This document shows positions 9,801 to 20,321 of a stretch of DNA of 64,000 nucleotides, piece by piece. Source of the stretch: an uncultured virus (IMG/VR IMGVR_UViG_3300012344_000022) (taxonomy: Duplodnaviria; Heunggongvirae; Uroviricota; Caudoviricetes); the IMG/VR virus record IMGVR_UViG_3300012344_000022. One strand, 5' to 3'. Both the position numbers and the translations under genes were made by a program. A model generated the notes under the pieces. It did no database searches, was not told where the DNA came from, and saw only the letters and a list, made by a program, of their open reading frames with translations. How positions within the stretch are numbered: position 1 is the stretch's first letter; every line of letters starts with the position of its first letter.

Positions 9801-11886
9801 AACTTCTCTTCCGAGAAGAAAAGAATATCCTGCACTTGTGAATAATACTGTATATGCAAGAATGACTGACAGGTTTCCGGGGAATAATGTATTGTTTACT
9901 GCACATAAGTGTGTTGTTGTGCTTCCTGATGCTGAATCTGATCAGGTGGTATATGAATATGTTGTGGGTCGTCCGGATAAAAATGGAAATCCTGATTTTG
10001 AACATACAAATGAGATTTATACATTTACACTTTCACCCAGAACCTATGAAGGAAGGGTTTACCAGATAACAGACCAGCAGGGATTCCACTGGATTGAGTA
10101 TCAGGTATGGGCTGCTTCTGCCGAGTTCCTGAACAAGAAGATAAAGGAAGAGTGTGATGTTATAAATGCAGATTCTTCAAATACAAAGGTGTTCCCTATA
10201 CTGATAAACACAGGGGATATGACACAGTCTGGTTCAAGAATAAATGAATGGCTTGACTACTATAATGCAGGAAAGTCTTTGTTCAATCATATGGAACAGA
10301 TAAACTGCGTGGGCAACAATGACCTTTGTGATATTGATCCACACAATCTTGGAACAGGAAATGACACGAACAAGTCGAATTCCCATTTCTTCCATTATTT
10401 TTACTGTTTTGACTTGAAGGATGAAGACAGACTTGAATCTGCAACAGAAGACAACAGAAAGTTCTTCAATGGAGAAAGTCTTGTTGTGAAGGCACATGAT
10501 TGTACTGTTGATGGTGTTACTACTTCAATCCCAGACAGGTATATACCATCCACATATTATTTCAAGACAAAGAATGTGATGTATGTGATGCTCAATTCCG
10601 AGCTTCCTGAACCGATAGGACAGAAGTGGTTTGGTCTCTGTTCAACTAACAACAAGTATGTGAATATATATACGGGCATAGAGACAAATGCGGGAGGAGA
10701 ATATGATGAGAACATACACAATTATTTCACACCTGTATATGAGTCTCTGTATGAATGGTTGGATGACAATAAGAAGAATGAGAATAAGAAACTTGTGTTT
10801 GCTATGCATGAAATGCCTTTCACTGTCATCACCGCAACATCTTTGAATAAATCAAAGACAGATCAATATACATATACAAGAAACTATCCAACAGGAACAT
10901 CAAGACTTGGTTCAAATACAAATCAGTTGAATGTGAATGAAAACAGGGGAATTTACTGGTGTTCAAGACTTCTTGAATATTTTGGATGCAAGATTGTAAT
11001 AGGTGGACATAAACATACATATGCACTTTCTTATCCAGTAAAAGAAAGATATTCATGGACATATAATGGTGAAACATATGACAGTAAGGACAGTATAAAA
11101 CCATTGTTTTCAACTCTTGCAGATGAGGCAGGTGCAGAACCTGTTTATAAGATTGATTGGACAATAACACTTGATAAAAATAATGATTTCAATGCAACTA
11201 TAAAGGATGGTGTAGAAACAAGTATATTCAGTTCCACAAAGACACCATATGTTCCTCAAGAACTTTATGACAGATATGGAAAGTCTGCATTTGAAAAGGA
11301 TGGTAATAATACTGTAAGATGTTGTTCACCTATTACTGTCAATGATGAAAAACATGATGGTTTTGTATCATATTCAATGTGTCAGGCTACAGGATATAAG
11401 TTGAAGTCAAACAAGGAACTTCCATCTTGTGTTCAGGTGTTTTCAAAAATTGTTCCTATGACAAAGAACACATGGTCTGATGATGGAACTACTGTTGTTG
11501 ATTCACCTAATGCAAATCAGTTATATCCTATGTATAGTATTCTTGAATTCAGTAATGACTGTTCTGAACTTGATGTGAGAATGTCAAGAATACATGGAAT
11601 ATTCAAGGCAGACGGAAAGGATTCATTTACACAGATGAACTATGGAACAAAGGATATGACAAACACATATCTTTGTCAGAATTATAAATATACTGCATCA
11701 AATCAAACATTGATGAATGCTCTTGAATCTGTAAGTGAAGGTGATATTTGTTATAGGACTGATGAGAAGAAATATTACAAATACAGTAATAAAGTTTGGA
11801 CCGAATATAAGGAAATGATGTATGGTGGATGGGAGAAGACACTACCCACAGAACCGGACAAGAATTATCTGCATATCAAATTTTAA
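6898..11886 (+). CDS. Large multidomain protein with a lamin-tail-like domain and a calcineurin-like (purple acid phosphatase-type) metallophosphoesterase
   Basis: LTD-like 'SFVELENTSDVDIPLTGVYLHF...IKAGGTYLVRG'. Phosphoesterase motifs occur in order: ITDQQ, TGDMT, VGNND, MHEMP, GGHKHTY. Confidence 0.7.
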   Translation: MSQTYKGSINFPSNFDVQTTAPLDNRIVVDSKEDLINGSIKFPYQGLVVNIKRTSELWILQTQGIDKSKDINNWKLVTGTGSDSKGLSKYSIPVMTEKMAEDATNDPDVDFDGSEDPYIITDYDGDSLSGETTTNTITSINGTYLDIMMKAIRSLQAEVARLKNSFEYGIDSYKDEHTAKSKQLEDYRDVKTDEPLWAIDPGYLSEVSDSITFNTYLDKNHSFVKYGAGDIDVSVDGQLTFKDCSGEFHDGVKSESGEYDSFTLYNLTDSKLITYLITDQPYIRFNLVSLDDKTITKSFDFKSLMQGNYLSRYGICMVISRKVDTKSKDESERWKGFNYIYFSIINYDTDEKIYEGYLNNYDILQDERYDMDARYSISSIRFGDTSDKEYTTMTLYRMKYYTKFEDFKDEVISSAPSEDDWKYGVSHITIRSVEDKTILDRITDQLKEDELVWDKKNKTLYIKSNGKMCVIGSNKNSGDNDNNDDNMTNKEIIDALTKMGIVINVKYKKDDNGDDTDVIESVSDMSLAPISDFTFVNNDTGKKFTFTVDNEGNLVGKDKSAQTIDEFMKSIGSSAGKYDVENYQAVRGFSSDFLYRKGGEYTTKNGVNYEKDAGKKSDRLRFSSFYAPLQTDTVHGCTHSFVELENTSDVDIPLTGVYLHFYNPAADDYKGKVYHLELDGVIKAGGTYLVRGAKHAEYDDASAFIKVRTYDKEWYEDGKLLSFEQEVVKTTGGTSPSVAGDSKVKSAYRFCLTYGLPDLKEDTVLVKKNSTGVEIDGSTYAKGDFPWIITSPRFIDSCSFSSFASVAAKVEAENPWYANGAGGIGITITPNTMFRLMFALDPAKQAYNGFNAKDGSRTRYNKATDIQILNLDKEFIGYPKSNEIIKISRFTPKASYENRNVMTDKTQLDSEKPNMVTCSFGIDVYNTRCFNWISCGVFDEYVWIRKKGETNWSRFQSYIKVDEDKVEETSLPRRKEYPALVNNTVYARMTDRFPGNNVLFTAHKCVVVLPDAESDQVVYEYVVGRPDKNGNPDFEHTNEIYTFTLSPRTYEGRVYQITDQQGFHWIEYQVWAASAEFLNKKIKEECDVINADSSNTKVFPILINTGDMTQSGSRINEWLDYYNAGKSLFNHMEQINCVGNNDLCDIDPHNLGTGNDTNKSNSHFFHYFYCFDLKDEDRLESATEDNRKFFNGESLVVKAHDCTVDGVTTSIPDRYIPSTYYFKTKNVMYVMLNSELPEPIGQKWFGLCSTNNKYVNIYTGIETNAGGEYDENIHNYFTPVYESLYEWLDDNKKNENKKLVFAMHEMPFTVITATSLNKSKTDQYTYTRNYPTGTSRLGSNTNQLNVNENRGIYWCSRLLEYFGCKIVIGGHKHTYALSYPVKERYSWTYNGETYDSKDSIKPLFSTLADEAGAEPVYKIDWTITLDKNNDFNATIKDGVETSIFSSTKTPYVPQELYDRYGKSAFEKDGNNTVRCCSPITVNDEKHDGFVSYSMCQATGYKLKSNKELPSCVQVFSKIVPMTKNTWSDDGTTVVDSPNANQLYPMYSILEFSNDCSELDVRMSRIHGIFKADGKDSFTQMNYGTKDMTNTYLCQNYKYTASNQTLMNALESVSEGDICYRTDEKKYYKYSNKVWTEYKEMMYGGWEKTLPTEPDKNYLHIKF

Positions 11887-11894
11887 CTTGGATT

Positions 11895-14800
11895 ATGAAA
11901 ATAAAGAAAGGTGATAAGATATATCCTATAATAACAGGTGAGGATGTCATTGCAACAAAAGGATACAGTATAGAAAATGATTTGAATTCATTTCCTACTG
12001 TTGATGATGTGCTTGACAAACACCGTAAAGATATAGACAAACTGAAGAGTAATATGAAATATATTTACTCTTATGGTGGTGTGGGTGGAAATGGTTCAGG
12101 AAATGGAGGGTCATCAAATGAGAAGGAACCATCTCTTTATATTGCCTTGGGTGGATATCAGTTGCAGTCAGGTGGGAACACCATTGTTCTTTCTGAACCA
12201 GGTGAATATATTATTGAAGGTAATGTGAGAAATAGTAATGGTAATACTTTTTATCTCAAGGTTGCCTGTGGAACTGATATCAGTCTTGCAAAGTTTTATA
12301 AATTGAATGAAGACAATCAGTGTAAGTATAAGCAGACTTTCAATTTGAAGACAAATGGGAAGGTTGTGATTGAGTTCTATGATTCTAACTATGATATATT
12401 GTCTCAAATTGTACAGGATTATATTGTCAATCCTCATACTTTCAGTGTCAAGTTCAAGTATAAATACGATAATGGAAATCAGGAGGCGGAATTTGGTAGT
12501 GCTAATGAATATTTTATAGGAAGTACCACCCAGACTGATCCTTATATTGACATATCATATAAGATTGATATACCTAATGTTTCAAATGTTTCTGTATATT
12601 ATAAAATAGGTGATACTAATGGTGAACAGACAAAGGATTATGGAACAATTACAGACATTTCAAATGATCATTTGAAAATATCTCTTGATGATTTGAAAAG
12701 GAATGGAATTTCTTTTCTTGATGACCGTAATGTGGGTGTATATGATGTTGATGTGATATTGAAATATTCATCAAATGCATCTCCTGTCGAATCTCCTTTT
12801 CATTTCAGGATAACATTGATACCTAATCATCTTTATATCAATGTACGAAATCCAGAGAATATACTGTATGATACAATTGATGAATTGATGAGTGCCATTG
12901 CTACAGGAACTGACGGAATACCAGATAAATGTGTGTATGTGGGTTCTTATGTCTCATTTTATTACAAGGTATATGAAGGAAATATTATATCCGGTAGACA
13001 CAGTTATACTGTAAATTTTGGAGCATATGATGGTATTGAAAATGAGAATGATCATACATATACTTTCAGTGATGAACCTTCAATATCAAGTAATGACTAT
13101 AATATTACGGTTCAGGAACAGATTGAGAATACAAATCCTGTGTCTGTACCTTTTGATACTGTGGGTGTGAAGAAACTTGTGTTCAAGACAAACAACAGTA
13201 AGTATGACAACACTACTGATATTGTTCCTACCATAAAATACATTTATGTAAGATCAACATCATCAAATCTTGACTGGTTTCCTACCGGTATTGGTATGGC
13301 AAGCAGTTATTTCAGGTCAAATCAGGGTAATGATACATACACTTCTGACTTTCCTGCATTTTCAACAGGAAACAGTCCATTTGTGATGAAAACATCAGAT
13401 AAGATTTTTACATTGGAAAATACTTTGTGTTATAATAGACCTGCTGAATATGATACCACTATTCTTTCATTGGGAATACAGTATAGTTCAATGAATATTG
13501 AATCATCTAATATACTCAAGATATATTCCCCTAAAGGTGGTCAGGGACAGGGATACTCCGATACAGCTGAAATCAATTTGAGATCTGATAAATTGTTTTC
13601 TGATGACTCTTCACAGAAGGCTATACTGATGCCTTATGATGACAATTATAATACATCAGACAGTTCAAAGTATCATCTTGTTCAAATTGTAAGAACAAAG
13701 GTAGGTCTTGAAGATACAACACCTATTTATGCCACATATCTTTATATTGACGGTATATTGGAATCAAATAACCAGAATACCGGAATATATTCATTGTCTG
13801 CTGGAAAGTTTGAATTCAATAATGTAAATGTCGCATATAATCTTATTGAAATTGATTATCTTGCATCAACAAATGAAGGAAAGTCCATAAATGTTGATGG
13901 ATTGATTTATAGGTATTACTTGAAGTATAAGGAAACTATGCGACATGAAACTATTTCTAAATTGGAGAGATCAATACTTCAGCAGGTTGATAATATAAGA
14001 TTTGATGGAAAGGATGTGATAGTTGGTCAGTCATTGGTCGAGACTATTGTCCCGGATATGCCTATTCCTACTATGATGGTTGATTTCAACCTAACTGATC
14101 AGAAGGACATTGATGAACTGAAGACAAACATTTTCAAGGGATATCCTAATGGGGATACTGCTTTCGGAACAAAGGATGTGAAGATTTACTGGAGTGACGG
14201 ATGGAAAAATGGAAACAGTAATAATTTGAAACTCATTGATGTTCCTGTAATGACATATGGTGCTTATCAGCTTACAGGAAAATGGCAGATTTCATTGCAG
14301 GGAACATCTACAATGCAGAACAAGATAAAGAACTTTTCTCTCAAGGTTGCCACTACAGGAGAAACAGAATATGCCGGATTTATATTGATGTCTCCTAATT
14401 TTGATCCTAATGATGGTTCTACATTTCTTCCCGAAATGGAATGGACATTGAAGGCAGATATTGCAGATTCCGCACATGCAAACAATACATCAGTAGGAAA
14501 GTTTGTAAATGAAGTCTGCACAAAGTTTGAGACAGGTCTGCTTGTTGAGGATAATATAAAGAAATATATAAAGAACACACTTGAAGGGTTTCCTATTTTG
14601 ATGTTTGTCAGAATAGGGGAGAATGTATATTATCAGGGTGTGTATAACTTCAACCTTGGTAGAAAGTCTTTCTATAATCTCGGTTATAATACGAGTGAGG
14701 ACACAACTAATATGTTCAATACAATTTCTCAATCTGATGGTACATCATTTGTTTTTGCAAGAGGTATGAATACACCTAATCCTAATCTGGCGATAGGTGA

Positions 14801-17800
14801 AATTCAGGACAATTTTGCGGCATTTGACTTTCATCAGTTTGACAGATCTGTATTGTTTGCACCAGATAATTCTTCAAGAACAAGGATGTTCGGTAAGGCA
14901 TCAAAACTTACATATACGAATTTGAGCAGGGCACAGGATACATTGGCAAACTTTGTCGAGTCTGTGGCAAAGGCAGGTGCATATTGTTTTGCCAATATAG
15001 ACAAGAATCCAGTGTCGAGTCAGACAGAGAATGGAACTGGATGTGAAAACAGATATGATGTGAAAAATCAGGTTCCAGATATACATCATCAGTTCAGGTA
15101 TAATGATAAGGAAGAACCTGAATGGTATGAGAATGAATTGACATTTGATAATATAAAGATTGATGTGAATAATCTATTGAGATGCATATCAACAACATTA
15201 TCAGATGGGGAAACACAGAATGAACCTATTCTGGATTATACATCTGCATCAGAGTATTACACGATATGTATGATATTTGGACTTGTAGATTCAATCTTGA
15301 AGAATATGAATATCAAGTCCTGGGATGGTAGAAAATGTTATGTTGCATTTTATGATATGGACTGTGCTAATGGAGAGAATAATGCCGGAGGTGAGGATGT
15401 ATCATATCTTGCAGCCACTGATTACTGGCATTCAGATGTAAAGAACGGATATACAACACCAGTAACTATTGATTATGATTACTGGGACAATAATGTGGGT
15501 AAGGGATTTGACTTCAATACAAGTTATCTTTTTGCCATAGTCAAATATGCAAAGGCAATATTGAACAGACTTGATTCAAAGATAAATCTCAATTATCCTC
15601 AAAACTTCTGGGCAAAGTTGAGACAGAAGGATGGTGAATTGAGAAATGCTGATTATTTTGTCGATAATTATTTTACTACAGGTATAGGTGAGATACCTAC
15701 ATATCTTGCTTCATTGAATTATCAGGTGAAGTATCTTTATTATGGTACTACATTGAATGAAAATGGGGAGGAGACATCTGCAAAATATCTTGCAAACAGT
15801 ACTGCATTCAATGGTAGTCGTATATTCAAGGTAAGAAACTGGTTGAACAAACGTATTCATTTTATGGATGCAATGTTCAATGTGCAGGGCATAAACCTCA
15901 GGATTTCCGACAATACATATATACCTATACCTGATAGTATTTCAGATTTGAACAACAATCCTGATGTGGTCTTATTGACGGATGCATTTTCACTTGGAGA
16001 GAAGGCAAGAATATTGTCTTCAAACAATGCTCTACCAGTGAAGATAACAGCACCATTGAACACACCTTTGATACTTGTGAGAGGTTCGGATTATATGATG
16101 TATCTTCTTGCTGGAGATAATATGGAGAATACTATTCAACTTACTACACAGAAAACTGTCACCACAAAATTTCTGGGATCGAAGGAATTCACAAATGTAA
16201 GTGCTATAGAACCTTTCTTGACAGATGCATATCAAATAGATTCAAACAAGCTCGAAGAGATTGTATATAGTGGAAGTTCTTTTGCAAGAACAAATAATTC
16301 ATTGACAATCAATTCTGCATCAGTAAAGGTGGTGAAACTTGATATGCCTACATTTTCAGGAAGACTTGACATAAAGAACAATGGACTTTATGGACAGTCA
16401 ATACATACTCTCAATGTTTCAGGTTCAGGATTTTATGGAGAATGGACAAATTTGAGTGCTCTTCAAACAGTGAACATTTCATCTTTGAACTGCACATCGG
16501 GAGAAAGTATAGTCATATCTGGTTCAAAACTTCTTACAGGAGACAGGTTCATAATTTCTGGAACACCAGAGAACAAGACAAATCTGCCTATATTGAAGGT
16601 AAGTGATGTTTCAGGAAGATTCAATCTGTTGAATACAAATATACAGTCAATAGACATAACTGTTATTGATGGGGAGGATGCTACATTTGAGATTGTAGGA
16701 GATGAGGCATTGACTGATTTGTCATTGACAGGTTTCAGAAGTGTAAGGATAAGTGGTTGTCCTAAACTGGCATCATTGTCCATTACAGAGGGGGACAAGA
16801 ATAAATGTGAGACAATTGTGATAGAAATGCCTTATGTTTATGATGCAAATAATCCTGATAATATGGGGACTCTTTTGAGTTTCAAGTCAAAGATTCAGGG
16901 AGTTTTTGATTTTACAGGATTTTCAAGACTTGAAACACTCGGACTGTCAGGAATTCCTGCCACAGAAGTGATAAGGATACCAGATAGGAAGGTAAAGGTT
17001 GAAACTCTCAATAATAATATCAATCTTGAGTTTGTTGATACAATGGGAAGGAATTCCTGTATATCTCTCACAAGAAGTTATACTTTTTTCAATTGTCCAA
17101 GATATGGTATGAGACAGAGTTGGTATAACAAGAGTACATCTGAACTTGCATATACAAAGATGTGTATTGATGAAAGTTGCACAGATCTTTCCAGTACATT
17201 TGAAAGACAGTATGATTTCAATACAAAATATACAAATGAAAATCCATATAGAAATATATGGGGTCAGGATGTAAGTAATGTAAGTATAAATTTGTATGAG
17301 GTGAAGGAATTCCTAAACAAGATTGTTGCTGGTGCAAAATTGAGAGATGAATATATAGATGCTGATAATGTGATACACACTTCAGTCAATGGATATGTGT
17401 ATGGTTCAAACAGATGTTCATATATTGAATCATTACAGAGTTGTTTCAGGGGACAGAAAGGAATATTTTTTACAAATAGTTCTCCTATAGTTCATGACAC
17501 AAAGAATCCTGATTTGAATACAAACATTCCTGATTTGTCAGCATATACTTCATTGAACAATATATCAATGTTGTATTATTCCACAGGAGTTACTTTTTTG
17601 TGTAAGGAAATATTGAGTCTTCCTTTTGAAAAAAATACATCAGATAATGTTCTTAACTGGACAGGTGTCATAAAGGAAGGAGATATGTCAATATCATCTG
17701 ATGCATTTGAGAATATATCATATAGGATAACTAATTTGTCATCAATGATATTGTCTATATATGGACGTGTGGATAGCGAAACATCGGAATCCCATACTTA

Positions 17801-20291
17801 CAGTAAGTTGCTTGACAGTATAAAAATTATAGACATACTTTGTCCTAAAGAAAATGAGACTGAAGGGAAGAAATTGAAGAACTTAACATCATTCAATTCT
17901 TTCAATGTCAATGCAAAACAGAAGGTTGATTATACAGGAATGTTTGATGTGTGTCCTAATGTATCCACATTGATAGGTTTCCTGAATGGTGATTTGTCAA
18001 ATGCAACTATTGATGGACTGTTGAAAAATTGTGAGAAACTTATGTTCATAAGTGATTCTTTCAGTCATTCCGGTGCAGAGATAACAATATTACCTGTAAT
18101 AGATTTGTATGATTTCTTCAATTGGGGAAAGAATACTGATATGACTGTTATGTTTGCATCATCCACATCTACAGTTCCTGGGTTTTGTCTCAACAAACAG
18201 ATTAATTATGAAAATTTCAAGAAAATACTTGAAGTTCTTCCGGAATATACAAAGATAGAAAGATTGACTAATCTATTCAGTTATTGTGAGATTACGGGTT
18301 ATGATGGTGAAGAAATAGTATTGTCTGGAGAAATGTCAAATATTATTTCATTGAATTCATTATTTTATAAGTGTAGGGCAACTGATCAGAATGGTAATGA
18401 CAAACCTTTGAATATAAGAAGAACTTTCTTTGAGAAACTTCCGAAAGTTGCAGCATTGTCAAATACATTTTATGGGGTTCATTTCTCGAATTTTCCTACA
18501 TATGATTTCTTTGCAAAGAGAAGAAAGAAGGAAGTAAGTCTGAATGTGTATATTATGAACTCAGATGATACATATTCTCCTGCTATACTTGAAACATATG
18601 ATTATACATCAATGGGATCCATAACAGATATGTATAACTGTTTCAGGGAAGCAAAGTTTGTTGATTGTGCATGTTGGTTTGATCAGAATTCAGAAGAAAA
18701 TGTGTCTCTCAAACAATCATATGATGTAATCAAGGGTCATGAGGATATTGATACATATTATATAAAAAGTGGTTCAAAATATGTGGAATATAAGATAGGT
18801 ATTCCTGATGTGGTTGCTGATACAGTTAATAATTTTACTAATTATGTGGAACATATCAATATTGCATCAGGAAACACATCCATTGACAACCATAACATCA
18901 AGGCAGATTTGAATAGGTATTCAAATGATGTTCATATGACGGAAGACAAATATGGTCTAGATATTGTTTCTGCTTGCTGCTGTCTTCCACCTGACATATT
19001 TTATGGATGTTATTATAGTTGTGATTTGACAGGTGTGTTTGCATATACTAATATAGTGGGAACAATACCTCAACATCTTTTGAACAAATGTTATAATGGT
19101 GTATATAAGGATATGTTCCTGAATACTAATATACTTCCTAATGTGATGTATTATTATAACAAAAGGATGAAGACAAATGATAAGTCAAAGTTTTTGCAAC
19201 TGATTTCAGATGTTCCTGTTAACAAGAACAACAGCATTATCAATACACCTAAAAATCAGGATGATAGTATAGTTTATTCATTTGACAATGGTCTTACCGA
19301 TGATGATGCTGTGGTTCTGTTCAGGGATTCAAATGGAAAACTTTGGAGACGTCATCCGAGAAATGGTGATGACAGAAGCACAGAAAATGACCAGAAATTA
19401 AATACAGATTACAGCAAATCTCAATATGTATATGTGCCTATTGGATATGCAATGACTAATTCAAATTTGTCAAGGGCATTCAATTTCAGGTATAATCTTC
19501 CTAAACAGATTGATCTCAATTCACAGACATTGAAGAATGAATATAATATTACATGGGCAGCTGGCAACAATTATGACAATACCTATGCTCCCGATAAGAA
19601 TGGAAGACAGGATCTCTGGCCTTATTATACTCAATATTTCTTCCTTACTACAGAAAGTGTGGGATGGTCGAGAGTCAATGATTTCAGTTATCCTTTCATA
19701 TCTGACAGTGGTGATATTGATTATATCAACAATACAATAAGAACATTTTCTTCTGCTGAAGAAGATTCCAACAAAATCAATAAATGGTGGAGTGAAATGA
19801 AGGTCAATGTTACCAAGGATTATTGGCATAACAAGACCAATGGACTTTTCAATGTGTTCCTGAATCTTTGTGGAGACAGAGATACAAGAACAGGAGAGAT
19901 TGAAGACTATGGTTGTCCTGTGAGTCTGGCAATATCTGCTCAGCAGTATCCTAAACTTGATTCAATAGTTTCTGGAATACTGGGAATATTTTTGAATGGA
20001 AAGGTTCTTGATGATGGAACTGATGCGGGTATGCTTACAAATATAAACATATATGGTGCAAAGGTGGTGATATTCAATGGATTCGGTAGAAATATCATAC
20101 TTCCTAGTATAGTGGGTGCTCCTGAAAAGGACAAGGATCCTAAAGTTGTTCTTGAATATAATGCACAGTTGTCTCAATTTTATGAGTTTATGTTTCCTGT
20201 AAATAGTTTTGAAATATATAAAAGAAACTATTCTCTTGATAATACGGCAGGACTCATAAGAACAGATGGTAAAAAGTATATAGTATCATAA
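11895..20291 (+). CDS. Giant (~2,800 aa) protein: LamG-like region, CotH-family kinase domain, leucine-rich/BspA-like repeats
   Basis: CotH-like motifs LQGTST..KNFSL, LKADIADSAHANN, EGFPILMF, YQGVYNFN, DSILKNM, FYDMD. LRR-like 'LQTVNISS', 'ISGCPKLASLSI'. C-terminal 'SLNSLFYKC', 'ITDMYNCF' repeats. Likely start is ATG 11895. Confidence 0.7.
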   Translation: MKIKKGDKIYPIITGEDVIATKGYSIENDLNSFPTVDDVLDKHRKDIDKLKSNMKYIYSYGGVGGNGSGNGGSSNEKEPSLYIALGGYQLQSGGNTIVLSEPGEYIIEGNVRNSNGNTFYLKVACGTDISLAKFYKLNEDNQCKYKQTFNLKTNGKVVIEFYDSNYDILSQIVQDYIVNPHTFSVKFKYKYDNGNQEAEFGSANEYFIGSTTQTDPYIDISYKIDIPNVSNVSVYYKIGDTNGEQTKDYGTITDISNDHLKISLDDLKRNGISFLDDRNVGVYDVDVILKYSSNASPVESPFHFRITLIPNHLYINVRNPENILYDTIDELMSAIATGTDGIPDKCVYVGSYVSFYYKVYEGNIISGRHSYTVNFGAYDGIENENDHTYTFSDEPSISSNDYNITVQEQIENTNPVSVPFDTVGVKKLVFKTNNSKYDNTTDIVPTIKYIYVRSTSSNLDWFPTGIGMASSYFRSNQGNDTYTSDFPAFSTGNSPFVMKTSDKIFTLENTLCYNRPAEYDTTILSLGIQYSSMNIESSNILKIYSPKGGQGQGYSDTAEINLRSDKLFSDDSSQKAILMPYDDNYNTSDSSKYHLVQIVRTKVGLEDTTPIYATYLYIDGILESNNQNTGIYSLSAGKFEFNNVNVAYNLIEIDYLASTNEGKSINVDGLIYRYYLKYKETMRHETISKLERSILQQVDNIRFDGKDVIVGQSLVETIVPDMPIPTMMVDFNLTDQKDIDELKTNIFKGYPNGDTAFGTKDVKIYWSDGWKNGNSNNLKLIDVPVMTYGAYQLTGKWQISLQGTSTMQNKIKNFSLKVATTGETEYAGFILMSPNFDPNDGSTFLPEMEWTLKADIADSAHANNTSVGKFVNEVCTKFETGLLVEDNIKKYIKNTLEGFPILMFVRIGENVYYQGVYNFNLGRKSFYNLGYNTSEDTTNMFNTISQSDGTSFVFARGMNTPNPNLAIGEIQDNFAAFDFHQFDRSVLFAPDNSSRTRMFGKASKLTYTNLSRAQDTLANFVESVAKAGAYCFANIDKNPVSSQTENGTGCENRYDVKNQVPDIHHQFRYNDKEEPEWYENELTFDNIKIDVNNLLRCISTTLSDGETQNEPILDYTSASEYYTICMIFGLVDSILKNMNIKSWDGRKCYVAFYDMDCANGENNAGGEDVSYLAATDYWHSDVKNGYTTPVTIDYDYWDNNVGKGFDFNTSYLFAIVKYAKAILNRLDSKINLNYPQNFWAKLRQKDGELRNADYFVDNYFTTGIGEIPTYLASLNYQVKYLYYGTTLNENGEETSAKYLANSTAFNGSRIFKVRNWLNKRIHFMDAMFNVQGINLRISDNTYIPIPDSISDLNNNPDVVLLTDAFSLGEKARILSSNNALPVKITAPLNTPLILVRGSDYMMYLLAGDNMENTIQLTTQKTVTTKFLGSKEFTNVSAIEPFLTDAYQIDSNKLEEIVYSGSSFARTNNSLTINSASVKVVKLDMPTFSGRLDIKNNGLYGQSIHTLNVSGSGFYGEWTNLSALQTVNISSLNCTSGESIVISGSKLLTGDRFIISGTPENKTNLPILKVSDVSGRFNLLNTNIQSIDITVIDGEDATFEIVGDEALTDLSLTGFRSVRISGCPKLASLSITEGDKNKCETIVIEMPYVYDANNPDNMGTLLSFKSKIQGVFDFTGFSRLETLGLSGIPATEVIRIPDRKVKVETLNNNINLEFVDTMGRNSCISLTRSYTFFNCPRYGMRQSWYNKSTSELAYTKMCIDESCTDLSSTFERQYDFNTKYTNENPYRNIWGQDVSNVSINLYEVKEFLNKIVAGAKLRDEYIDADNVIHTSVNGYVYGSNRCSYIESLQSCFRGQKGIFFTNSSPIVHDTKNPDLNTNIPDLSAYTSLNNISMLYYSTGVTFLCKEILSLPFEKNTSDNVLNWTGVIKEGDMSISSDAFENISYRITNLSSMILSIYGRVDSETSESHTYSKLLDSIKIIDILCPKENETEGKKLKNLTSFNSFNVNAKQKVDYTGMFDVCPNVSTLIGFLNGDLSNATIDGLLKNCEKLMFISDSFSHSGAEITILPVIDLYDFFNWGKNTDMTVMFASSTSTVPGFCLNKQINYENFKKILEVLPEYTKIERLTNLFSYCEITGYDGEEIVLSGEMSNIISLNSLFYKCRATDQNGNDKPLNIRRTFFEKLPKVAALSNTFYGVHFSNFPTYDFFAKRRKKEVSLNVYIMNSDDTYSPAILETYDYTSMGSITDMYNCFREAKFVDCACWFDQNSEENVSLKQSYDVIKGHEDIDTYYIKSGSKYVEYKIGIPDVVADTVNNFTNYVEHINIASGNTSIDNHNIKADLNRYSNDVHMTEDKYGLDIVSACCCLPPDIFYGCYYSCDLTGVFAYTNIVGTIPQHLLNKCYNGVYKDMFLNTNILPNVMYYYNKRMKTNDKSKFLQLISDVPVNKNNSIINTPKNQDDSIVYSFDNGLTDDDAVVLFRDSNGKLWRRHPRNGDDRSTENDQKLNTDYSKSQYVYVPIGYAMTNSNLSRAFNFRYNLPKQIDLNSQTLKNEYNITWAAGNNYDNTYAPDKNGRQDLWPYYTQYFFLTTESVGWSRVNDFSYPFISDSGDIDYINNTIRTFSSAEEDSNKINKWWSEMKVNVTKDYWHNKTNGLFNVFLNLCGDRDTRTGEIEDYGCPVSLAISAQQYPKLDSIVSGILGIFLNGKVLDDGTDAGMLTNINIYGAKVVIFNGFGRNIILPSIVGAPEKDKDPKVVLEYNAQLSQFYEFMFPVNSFEIYKRNYSLDNTAGLIRTDGKKYIVS

Positions 20292-20293
20292 GA

Positions 20294-20321
20294 AAAAGGT
20301 CAGGAAATTTCCTGACCTTTT
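20294..20321. terminator. Bidirectional terminator between convergent genes
   Basis: Perfect palindrome aaaaggtcagga-aatt-tcctgacctttt. Confidence 0.85.
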
